This document shows, piece by piece, positions 55,065-64,000 of a stretch of 64,000 bases of DNA (the first letter of the stretch is position 1; the number at the start of each line of letters is the position of its first letter). This stretch comes from Prorocentrum cordatum (lineage: Eukaryota). Position numbers and translations under genes: made by a program. The stretch is taken from contig CAUYUJ010000270.1 of the NCBI GenBank assembly GCA_963575745.1, forward strand, positions 558,001 through 622,000, written 5' to 3'. The notes under the pieces are model-generated. The model was not told the origin of the DNA. It made no database searches and saw nothing but the letters and a program-made list of their open reading frames with translations.

Positions 55065-55778
55065 TCACAACTCGACCCTCGGACTCTCAGCATGCCCGAC
55101 GAAGCCTGCTTCAGCGATCGACATCGACGAAGAACCGCGCATCATCGATCCCGTGAGCCGTGATCCCGACGACGATAGGGGCACGGAGGAGATCGCCCGT
55201 GATCCCGTCGAAGAGAAGTCAAGATGCCCCATGCTGGCGGGGCGGCGGAATGGTATCTTGGAGCCGTTCGTCCCGCTCATCTCGCAGCGATTCATGATGT
55301 CCAGCAGCTCCGCCTCGCGGACAGCGGCGGACTTGTGCGGGGAGAACGGCAGGGCTATGCGGTGGAAGGCGTTGCCCAGGAGCGTCAGGTCGTCGGCGGT
55401 GATGCCCTCCGCCCTCAGGAGCGCCTGGGCGCTCGGACTGAGGCCGACGCCAGCGGCGAGTCGCTTGATGGCGTTGTCGCTGGGGAACTTGAAGTCCACA
55501 CCGGGGCGCTGGATCGAGACCAGATGGATCGGCAGTTTGGCTCGCAAGGCCGTCACGATCTCGATCAGCACCCAAGGTCTAGTGAGCACGTTGTCCGTGA
55601 GAAGCAGCACCACGTTGTGGCTACCCCTGATCATGCCAGGGATCTGGGCCGTCTCCTCCAGGTCGTTGGAATCGAGGAAGATCGGCCTTCTGAGGTTGAA
55701 CGCGGGGTGGGTGGGATTCTCCTTGATGATCCGGCGCATCCCTTCCTCGATGAGCGCCGCGTCCGACCCCGCCTCTTC
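55065..55778 (-). CDS. Channel-TIR fusion gene, last exon: bulk of a SARM1-like TIR domain plus Ser-rich tail
   Basis: Open frame EEAGSDAALIE..IFLDSNDL..GSHNVVLLLTDNVLTRPWVLIEIVTALRAKLPIHLV; AG|G acceptor at 55780-55779; phase 0 with the upstream exon; stop at 55065-55067. Confidence 0.85.
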   Translation of the reverse strand, partial: EEAGSDAALIEEGMRRIIKENPTHPAFNLRRPIFLDSNDLEETAQIPGMIRGSHNVVLLLTDNVLTRPWVLIEIVTALRAKLPIHLVSIQRPGVDFKFPSDNAIKRLAAGVGLSPSAQALLRAEGITADDLTLLGNAFHRIALPFSPHKSAAVREAELLDIMNRCEMSGTNGSKIPFRRPASMGHLDFSSTGSRAISSVPLSSSGSRLTGSMMRGSSSMSIAEAGFVGHAESPRVEL

Positions 55779-55784
55779 CTTGAA

Positions 55785-55896
55785 TGGGGGCCCAAAGAAT
55801 ATACACCACCACCACGTCGATTCCTCCTCTCTCCTCTGTCCAGCGAGAGGGAGGGGGGGAGGGAGGTGGTGGTGGTGTATATTTTTTGGCTCCCGA
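55785..55896. mobile_element. 112-bp MITE with ~31-bp TIRs and 5-bp TSD (TTGAA), inside the 3' end of the last intron
   Basis: AATATACACCACCACCAC / GTGGTGGTGGTGTATATT perfect 18-bp core, 27/31 overall. TTGAA at 55780-55784 and 55897-55901. Confidence 0.85.
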
Positions 55897-56887
55897 TTGA
55901 AGTGTAGGCCCCTACCTCCACAGAGGCGTCGGTCATGGCGCAGCCAGGCGGCATCAGAAGCCAGCGGTCGAGGGACAGCGGAGCGGGGCCAGCAGCCCCA
56001 CTCCCAAGACTGCTTGAAGAGGGAGGGGGAGGGCGCCCTCGGCACCTCAAGCATGGACTTTCGGAGGCCCGTCCAGGTCTGCTGGATCGGCGCTGGACCC
56101 CCTCCCTGGATCGTGGAGCGCGCCAGGGGGGGGAAGGGCAGCGCAGATCCAAGGAATTCGCGCGGAGCTCCGAAAGATTACGCTTGCGCTGTTGTCTCTC
56201 GTTCGAGCTCAGGAAGGAGGCAGGGAGCAAGATCCAAAGATGTCCAGACCGCCCACGCCCATGAAAGGAGGCGAAAATCGGGCCGCGAGGCTCTTGTTGT
56301 ATAAGTTCCCGCGCCGTGTAGACTGGTGATTCCTTCGATCTAGCTCAAGGAAGGGTCCGAGTTGGACAAAATATCGAATCGAAAGTACGAGTGAGAACTA
56401 CGCATGTATCGCAAGCAAGAGTTCGAAAATAAGTACAACACGAACGTGCGAGTGCGACAAAAGTATAATATCGTTGAAGAACCATGAACGAATCAGTGCG
56501 ATCAAAAGACGAAACACGTACGAACTATACGAATGCGCATCGTGAATCTGAACAACATGTGAAAAATACGAAAGCACATCCAGAGTGTGCAAGGAATGCG
56601 AAAAAAGTACGAGTGTGCATCCAAAATGTGAATATGCGAAAGCAACACGGCTGCGCATCCGTATTGATCAGATTCGGACGCTTCTCCTGCTTCTTTCGCA
56701 CTGAGCTGTTCGAGCCGTATGATTTGCCATAATTACTTGCTTTCGATTCGTACTTTACTGTCCCTGTTTCCATACTCTGCTGAGTTCGTACCGACATGCC
56801 AATATGCACGGATGGAAGTCCATCCGGGCCGCAGGTGTGCCGCGTCCCACACCCCGGGCGGTAAGAGCCCCTCAAGTCTGGGTCGTC

Positions 56888-57559
56888 CTTGAAGTGTGAG
56901 ATGAAGACGAACGCCCTGTCGTCGGCCATCTCCTGCAAGTACTCCTGGATCAGATGCTTCGGAGTCTCCATTACGTCTGAATGCAAACATTCGCGGGCCC
57001 TGTCGTTCAGCCAAGAGACGAAGCAGCTGGCATACTTCAGAGCGAACACGCGTGTGAACTCGTATGCGCTCACGATGGAGGCGAAGTCGCCGTTGTCCAT
57101 AACCAGCATTGTGCAGTCGCCCTCTGCGAAAAATTCTCCCTGGTTAGTCCACTGCGTCCATAACGCGGCCTCGCTGATGTGCTGGCCTCGATGTCGCATT
57201 ACCTGCCTCATGTCCGACCCTTCCTGTTCTCTGGCCCTTATGTAGTTCGACAGTGTCCTCCCCATTGCGGAATAAGACTCCGCAGAACGATTGAGCTTCA
57301 CGTAGGCGCTGGTGCCGGACTCTACGACGAGCATCCGCTTGCAAGAGTCCCCGAGCCCGAACACCAACTCCCCCGAGATCAACGAGATCCCCGACATGGC
57401 CTTGCAGCAGAGCTGTCTCAGCAACCGGTCCTTCGAGAGGCCGTCGCGCCTGAATAGCGGCACGAGCTTCAGCAGAGGAAAACGTACCTCCTCGTAAAGC
57501 TTCTGCTGAAGCACCTGCGGGAGGGCCTGGACCATCTTGTTCTCAACGTCCATGACGTC
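56888..57559 (-). CDS. Channel-TIR fusion gene exon: end of C-linker, cyclic-nucleotide-binding-like domain and first TIR strand (FVFISHFK)
   Basis: LPQVLQQKLYEEV..PLF..LCCKAM..GELVFGLGDSCKRMLVVESG..ISEAALWTQW..CTMLVMDNGDF. 224 open codons; CAG|G acceptor and AAG|GA donor, both phase 0. Confidence 0.88.
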
Positions 57560-57879
57560 CTGCGCAGCGACCCATAGCGACAGCGAAACGGAAAACCGAC
57601 CGGAACCGGAGCCAAACCAGAACAGACCGAGACCGAAGAACGGAAAGCAACCTGGAAGGGTGCACCGACGCGACGCAGACTGCGTGGGTGTCACATCGCG
57701 ACGATGTCGGCCTTGGTCTCCGAAACCACTGCTGATCTGTCCGACACCGCAGATTGTTCAGTGTCGGCCGATTCTGGGTACCTGGCGGCCTTCAAGCTTG
57801 AGCGCCCGCGCGGGTGTCGCCGCCGCGCCAGCGCAGCGCGAGCCTACCGCAACGGACCGAGCCGCGGACGCCCCAGGTC

Positions 57880-58020
57880 CTGCAGGGCCCTCCCGGTGGG
57901 CTTCCCGAAGTGCAACCGCAGCTGGTACGAGAGCGTGGGGGAGATGCGGCGGCGGCGCAGGTAGCGCCTGGCCGCCTGCTGCATCTGGAGGTTCTGGGTG
58001 TCCGTCAGGCATATCATGGC
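57880..58020 (-). CDS. Channel-TIR fusion gene exon: start of C-linker
   Basis: AMICLTDTQNLQMQQAARRYLRRRRISPTLSYQLRLHF (RRYL...IS..L C-linker pattern). CAG|G acceptor, CAG|GA donor, 47 codons. Confidence 0.82.
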
Positions 58021-58246
58021 CTGCATCAGGAGGCAACTTTTGGGAGGTCCTTCGTTCGAGCGAATAAGGGCTGTTAGGCTCGGGTAGCTGGCTCTCAAAC
58101 CGGATTCGGTCAGATCAAGCCCAGAAAGCCGGACTTTGCGGGAGCAAACAGAATTGCAACATGAGTATGCCAGATTCGGTCTGTTTTTGACCATGGGTAT
58201 ACGAGCGCCGATGCTAATTTCAACCTCCCAGGAGTTGCATCCGAAC

Positions 58247-58369
58247 CTGCGTCATGTTGGCGATGAAAAACGCAACAAAGGCGTGGGCGCCCAGGAGCAC
58301 CAGGCCCTGAAAGGAGATCTCGAGGAAGGTCTGCGGGGGAGTGAGGCTCGTTCCGTGCAGTTGAGTTAT
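58247..58369 (-). CDS. Channel-TIR fusion gene exon: pore loop and S6 (not in the ORF track; 5' boundary uncertain)
   Basis: Hand translation ITQLHGTSLTPPQTFLEISFQGLVLLGAHAFVAFFIANMTQ, ending at a CAG|GT donor in phase with the next exon. It fills exactly the part missing between HWV and the C-linker. Confidence 0.75.
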
Positions 58370-61300
58370 CCGCCGACCCCCGCTCGCCAGGGGAGAGAAT
58401 TCGTGTTCATAGGGGGGATAACCGATGACATGCCGCCGTTGGGAGCCCGTCAGCGTGTCACGCCTTCCCTTTTTGACCGAAAGCCTGGTGTTCCTTCAAC
58501 GGTAGCACGCTGCTTCCATGATGGCTCACGAAGGGCTCCAACACGCCAGAGAGGCCTCAAGAGCAATCACAATGGCCTCAACAGTCCCCAAGGGAGCCTC
58601 AGTATGCAAAATCAATGGGCTCCCTTCGGAAATGTGTTCACGTTCTCCCCCGCTCGGGCTTCCGAGAGTTCAAGACGACCCGAGAGGGCCCCCAGAGCTG
58701 CCCCAGACGACCCAAGAAACTCCTAAGGGAACCCAGACACGACTCAGAGGGCCACAAGAGAGCGCCAAAGGCCCCCACGACAGCCAAATGCTTTGATTAT
58801 GTGTTCGGCTCCTCTGACGTTATCACCTCTCTCCGAGACCATCCAACAGCTCCTGTACGTCGGTCTCCTCGGCAATGAGAGACAACTCTGTAGAATCACT
58901 GGCAGGCTGAAGCGGAAATGATGTGAGGTATTTGGGCACAGTGGAATGCTACACAAGGTAGAGGGATAAAACTGATGACACGAAAGTGGCCACGCTGACC
59001 AGGAAACGGCGTGACCGTCCTGGCTCCAAGTTCGTGTGCACAATTGTGTCGTGTCTCACACCTTGAGCCAAAATATACGGACGACGTCGTGTCTGGAGCG
59101 GAAGGGGCATTGCCACCCCTCCCGCACCCAGAACATGAGGCGAGGTCATCGGTTGCGCTACAAAAAACATACGCCATACAGACTGCCTAGTTTGTCGCCC
59201 TGGCACACGTAAAACAACAAACAACAAGCAAACACACAAACAAACAAAGACATGCGTGCGGGCGGACAAATCCTGCCCCCGGGTGAAAGCAATCGTTGAC
59301 GTGCAACGTGCTCACATATCCGTCACAGTGCCTTTGAGACACGAGTTGGAGTGTCCTTTGGTCCTTGGCCTAGTCCCTTCAGCCTCCGTCCTCCATCCTG
59401 AGAATTCTCAACGGGCCCAGAGCCAAAATTGCCAAATATCTCGGGGCGCGTCAGGTGGTCCCTGGGGCCTGAGGCGTCTTCCCACATTACTTGTTCGGGC
59501 CTACGAAAGCCCCGAATCGCCGCACGATCGGCCCAAGACGCCCACGAGGGCCCTAGAACGGCCCAAGAGGCCTTCGATACGCCCCAAGAAAGCCCCAAGA
59601 GCCTTCCCAAGAAAGCTCCGAGAGGCCAAAAGCATTGCCTGTCCTTAGACGTTTCAATGGTTTGCGTGCTCTCCATGTTTCGAGCCTCCGACGCTCCAAG
59701 ACGTCCCAAGAGGCCTCCAAGACGACTCCAAGACGGCCCAAGAGAAGAGGGCCCCAAGACGGCCCAAGAGGGCCCCAAGACAGCCAAAGAGGCGCCCCAG
59801 ACAGCCTAAGAAGGCCCCAAGAGGAGCACAAGAGGGGGAAAACGAAACGAATATCCGAGCCTTCCGCCCAAAGTGGCACCCAGAAAGCCCCAAGAGGCGC
59901 CCCCAAAGGCCCTCAAGAGGCCCACACGAGGCCCACACGAGGCCCCAACAGGCACCCAAGAGGCCGATAAGATGCACAAAGAAGCATCAAAGCAGCCCCC
60001 CAGAGGTCAAAACTGCCCCAAGGAGGCCCCCGCGAGGCCTCGACGAGATCCCACCGAATATCCGAGAGGCCTCAGACCCACAACCCAGGCACGGTGGCAG
60101 GATGGGCCGAAGACCATTCGACCTGCTTGGCACGGGGACGGAAAGCGCTCGTACCCTCTCAGGGCGCGAGATTGCTTGCTCAGTGTCTTGGAGCCTTCTT
60201 GGTGTTAAGACTTTGGCACGTCAGACAAAGTCTTAACACCAAGAAGGCTCCATAACAGCCAACCTTGCGAAAATCTATGAATATGGCCTCTCCGTGCCTT
60301 TTGGGTGGTCATTGGGGGCTGGTCTGGGCCGAAATGGGGCCCTCTTGGGTCGTCCTGGGGCAGTCTTGGGCAGTCTTGGCCAGTCTTGGAGGGCTTGGGC
60401 CGTCTTGGCGCCCTCTCGAGGACCTCTGGTGCCCTCCAGGGCTGGACCTAAACAGTGTTTTTCGTGTTCGTTCTGTTTTCGTTGTCCCTCGTTTTGTCTT
60501 CAATCCGCCTTTACCGCAAAACGACATCGAAACGAAAAAGGCCCACGAAATCGCCAAAGCACCGTTTAGGTCCACCCCTGCTGCCCTCTTGGGGACCTCC
60601 TGAGGCCCTCCTGGGGCTCTCTTGGAAACCGATTGGGACCCTCCTAAAGATGTACGCTTCCCCGAGGAAATGGAACAGCGTGTGTCTCTTGGGCGTCCTT
60701 TTGTGAGGCCTCGTGGAGCGTCTTGCGGGCCTCCCTGGCCGTCGTGAGGCCATCTTGGGCCCTCTTTGAACGCTCTCGGGCCGTCTTGGGGCCCTCTTGG
60801 GCCTCCCTGAGGCCGTCATGGAGCTAGCTTGGGCGCTCGTGGGGGTGTGCTGCGCCGTCTTGGGGCCATCTGAGGCGCTCTTGGGCCGTCTAGGGCCGAA
60901 CAGGACCGAACATTGGATTAGATCTGGGCCTGGTGAGGCCAACCCCCTCACGCTCCCCATTGCTATTTCGCCAGCCTAACAGATCGCGACGCTTCGCGCG
61001 CTTCCCCGGCATCCGCCGCCCCATGTGGCTTGCCGCAGGGGTGCACGGCGTGCCGAACGTCGTGCTGGGGGTTCGGTTCTTTTCTAAAAAACTCTCTGTG
61101 GGGTCTCGGCACAGCCCGCTGGCCACCTGGGAAGCCCGTGACAATTCACCCCTCGTTGGTCCAATCGCTTCCAAGACGGCCAAGATGGCCCCAGATGGCC
61201 TCCAAGATGGCCCCAAGACGCCTCCAAGACGCCCACGAGCCGAAGATGGTCGAAAGACTCTCCAAGGCCCAAAGATTGCCTGAAGATGGCCTAAGATTGT

Positions 61301-62632
61301 TTCAAGATGGACCAAGACGGCCCAAGAATACCCCTCCAAGAGGCCTTGAAGACGGCCTAGGACATCAATATCATTGAGTGTCCTTTGGTGTTTGACGGTG
61401 TTTGGCTTCTGCTCCTCTTCGGCCTTCCGACGGCCCAAGACGGTCCAAGAGGCCCCCAAGATTGCCCCAAGATCGTCGCAGAGGCCTCCAAGATGGCACC
61501 AGGACGGTGCAAGAGGCTCCCAAGACGGTCCCAAGAGAGCCCAAAGGCAACTTATGAGGTCTCCAAGACGCCAGAGATGGCCTTCAAGACGACCCTGAAG
61601 CGTCCCACAGAGCCCCAAAAGAGCCCAGAGAGGCTCCCAAGATGGCTTCCGACGGCGTCAGACGGGCCAGGAACGCCGTAAGGCGACCAAAGAGGCCCCC
61701 AAGAAGCCCCAAAGACCCCCAAGAGGCCAAAGGAGGCCCCCAAGAGGCCTCAAAGAAACTCCCAGGAAGCTCCCAGGAGGCCCCAAGAATGACCCAAAAA
61801 GCTCCCAAGAGATCTCCTCATCCTTCTCCTCATCCTCATATTTCCTCCCCCTCCTCATCATCCTCTTCCTCCCCCATGTGTCCTCCAAAGAGTTTCCACA
61901 ACGGCTGGGGGAATGCATGGTCCAATACTGTGGCCAAACTTTGCCCAAACATCTGGCCACATAGGCGTACTCTGAAAAGAAGGGGCGGCGGAGATTCGCC
62001 GTAGGCGTCTTCGATATGTCAATGCTGCGCCCGATCGCGCTGTACTATCCTGTGCGCTGGCTGGTGCGGCACGAATTCACACACAGGCTGGAACAATCCG
62101 ATAGCAGATGCGCCGGCATGCCCAAAACCGCGGAGAGGCTGGTACACCCAAAGTTGCACTTGAACGTCGGTCAGTAAATTGTCGGGTGGATGGGCTGGCA
62201 CGTCCAAACCCTGTCCTGCCAACATGGCCGAAACTCGGGGCGGGAATGCGGGCAAGTATTGCCCCTCGCCCGCAGTGCGGCCCGAGGGCCCTCTCCGACA
62301 AGATGGCCCCGAAGACCCCAGTATGCCCACAAGAGGCCCCAACAAAAACCGTCAGGGAGGCCCAAAAGGCCCCCAGGAACGTTCAACAGGCTTCCAGGAG
62401 GCCGCCCCCGAGGATTCCAAGAGCCCCCCCACGAAGCCCCGCAACAGTCACCAAGAGACTTCAACAAGGGCTCGTCATCGTCAACCTCCTCATCCTTCTC
62501 CTCCTCCTCCTCCTCCTCCTCTTTTCGTCCTGGGCCCTCGGGCCCGCGCCGCACGCAGCAACTGCACCTCATACATAAAACTGATACGCACCATCGGTTT
62601 CTATCCATCCTCTTCTGGTATGGGGTCGGCGG
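58370..62632. mobile_element. 4.26-kb repeat-filled insertion bounded by short inverted repeats, within the pore-helix coding sequence
   Basis: TCCGCCGACCCC (58369-58380) and GGGGTCGGCGGA (62622-62633) form a perfect 12-bp inverted repeat, with further patchy similarity (CCAG, AACCGATG). Confidence 0.6.
60189..60252. repeat. Perfect 27-bp inverted repeat with 10-nt loop
   Basis: TGGAGCCTTCTTGGTGTTAAGACTTTG-gcacgtcaga-CAAAGTCTTAACACCAAGAAGGCTCCA. Confidence 0.97.
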
Positions 62633-63418
62633 AATGACGCAAACCATCTGAATCACCCAGTGCACGGAGAAGATGTACTGCTCGGAGAGCGTCGCAGACT
62701 CCATGAGCGCTTCATCAGAAACCCATCCAGAGCTGCTGGCTTGGCCCACGCCGTACCAAATGCACGCGATGATGTGAATGCCGACGCATAGCCCAGCAGT
62801 CAACTTCAAAATGTTGACGACGATTGTGAGCCCGTCGGAGGCGTACTGCAACATATCATTGAGCATGTGAGAGAGTCGGCCAAGTCTAAGCAGACGAAGC
62901 ACGCGCACAAACCGCAGTGCCCGCATGACTGGTATCGCCGTGAGGGCGGTGCTGTCCTTCTGTGAGACCACAAGCCAGTCTGACATGAGTATCAAGACGT
63001 CGAAGCAAAACCAAGAGTGGAGATATGCCAACGCGACAAGCTTGGGCCTCATCTCGATAGAGCCCTCCTTGTGGAAGCCAGTCACGAACGACAGCGGGAT
63101 ATCGAAGGTCCAGAAAAATCGAGCGACCCAGTCGAAGAATACGATCAAACCTGGGACACGGCTGAAGCTGTAGAAAGTGTACAGAGGCACGGTTATCGTG
63201 TCGTATGCAATCAGAAGAAGACTCAGAAAGCTCCAAAGTGTCCCAAACCACCGCGAGGGATGCACCATCAGCCACTCTGACACGAAACCTGACGACCTGA
63301 ACACGACCACATCACAATCAGTCAGCTCCTCAAAGATCCTTGAGCTCGAGTTGATCTTGCGCAGCTCCAGGCTGGCCTCCTGGGGGTCGGCGAGGTGGAA
63401 GATCGGCACAACGCTCAC
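62633..63418 (-). CDS. Channel-TIR fusion gene exon: S1-S5 and pore helix of a voltage-sensor, CNG/KCNH/HCN-like cation channel (3' boundary uncertain; upstream exons probably beyond the window)
   Basis: MVHP..WSFLSLLLIAYDTITVPL (S1), FWTFDIPLSFVTGF (S2), YLHSWFCFD (S3), MRALRFVRVLRLLRLGRL (S4), HIIACIWYGVG (S5), QYIFSVHW (pore helix). CAG|G acceptor at 63420-63419 (alternative near 63380). Confidence 0.9.
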
Positions 63419-64000
63419 CTGAGGGACAAAACCACCACCAACAGCGCGAGGCGCCAGGGTCCCCCTGGTGATGTGGTCCCCCTCCCCGCTCGAGACATTG
63501 CCCATCCCCAGCTCGGGGAACCATCGTGGACCTCCTCGATGGTGGCGGCACCCCTGGTGGTGGTGGTGGTGGTGTCGCTTCTACTTCCTCCGGGCAGAGG
63601 AGGGGCGGCGGCAGCAACAGCAGCAAGGGCACGGGGCAGGGGAGAAGGCGGAGGTGAGGGGCAGCGTCAGTGGGGGACAGTCTACGGGGGGGGGGGAATG
63701 TCGAGCTCGAATCGGCGATGCATCGACGATGGGTCGGTACTTTGCCCCCGACAGCGAATCTCGCAGGTTCCTGGGCGCAGGTGTGGCTGTCGGGCCTCCC
63801 ATCGGCGGTGAAGTGGAAATCGGGGCCGATGCGCTCCCCCCCAGGAGACGATCCCCCCCTGACATTGCCCCTGACACTCCGCTCCCTGACCACAAGTCGG
63901 GCCTCTGGCGGCCGTTCGGGGCGATCCGGGCAGCCCTGGACGCCCCTCGGCAAGGCGAAGCTGCCGGAAAGCACCCCACGGCTGGAATGCCGCCGAGACA

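Noticed and set aside
63419..63505. ATG at 63505 as the true start of the channel gene (MGNVSSG...)
   Set aside because: Possible but unsupported: a pyrimidine-rich CAG|G acceptor lies at 63420-63419 and the upstream sequence runs into a dispersed repeat, so it is more likely intronic.

Overview
GC-rich, repeat-dominated eukaryotic DNA, almost certainly dinoflagellate. It carries a perfect 22-nt dinoflagellate spliced-leader sequence (7215-7236, minus) and GA-AG introns. Most of the window is nested, decayed mobile DNA: an APE-RT LINE (1-~3180) with an upstream WW-domain ORF, and a Ty1/Copia element (7321-24686) split by a 12-kb non-coding TIR element (8516-20558). That TIR element in turn holds a Penelope-like retroelement with an N-terminal GIY-YIG endonuclease (10942-16184) inserted in a (CA)n-type microsatellite. 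Further on are a second TIR-bounded composite insertion, RTE-like LINE 3' fragments next to (TAC)n arrays, several satellites and a 100-N gap. The only convincing host gene (55065->63418, minus, at least 5 exons, 5' end probably outside the window) is the highlight. It encodes a 6-TM voltage-sensor/CNG-KCNH-type ion channel with C-linker and cyclic-nucleotide-binding-like domain, fused in frame to a C-terminal SARM1-like TIR domain that keeps the catalytic glutamate. All calls come from reading motifs by eye. No database search was possible, so novelty is unverified, and one exon junction in the pore helix lacks a canonical splice solution.
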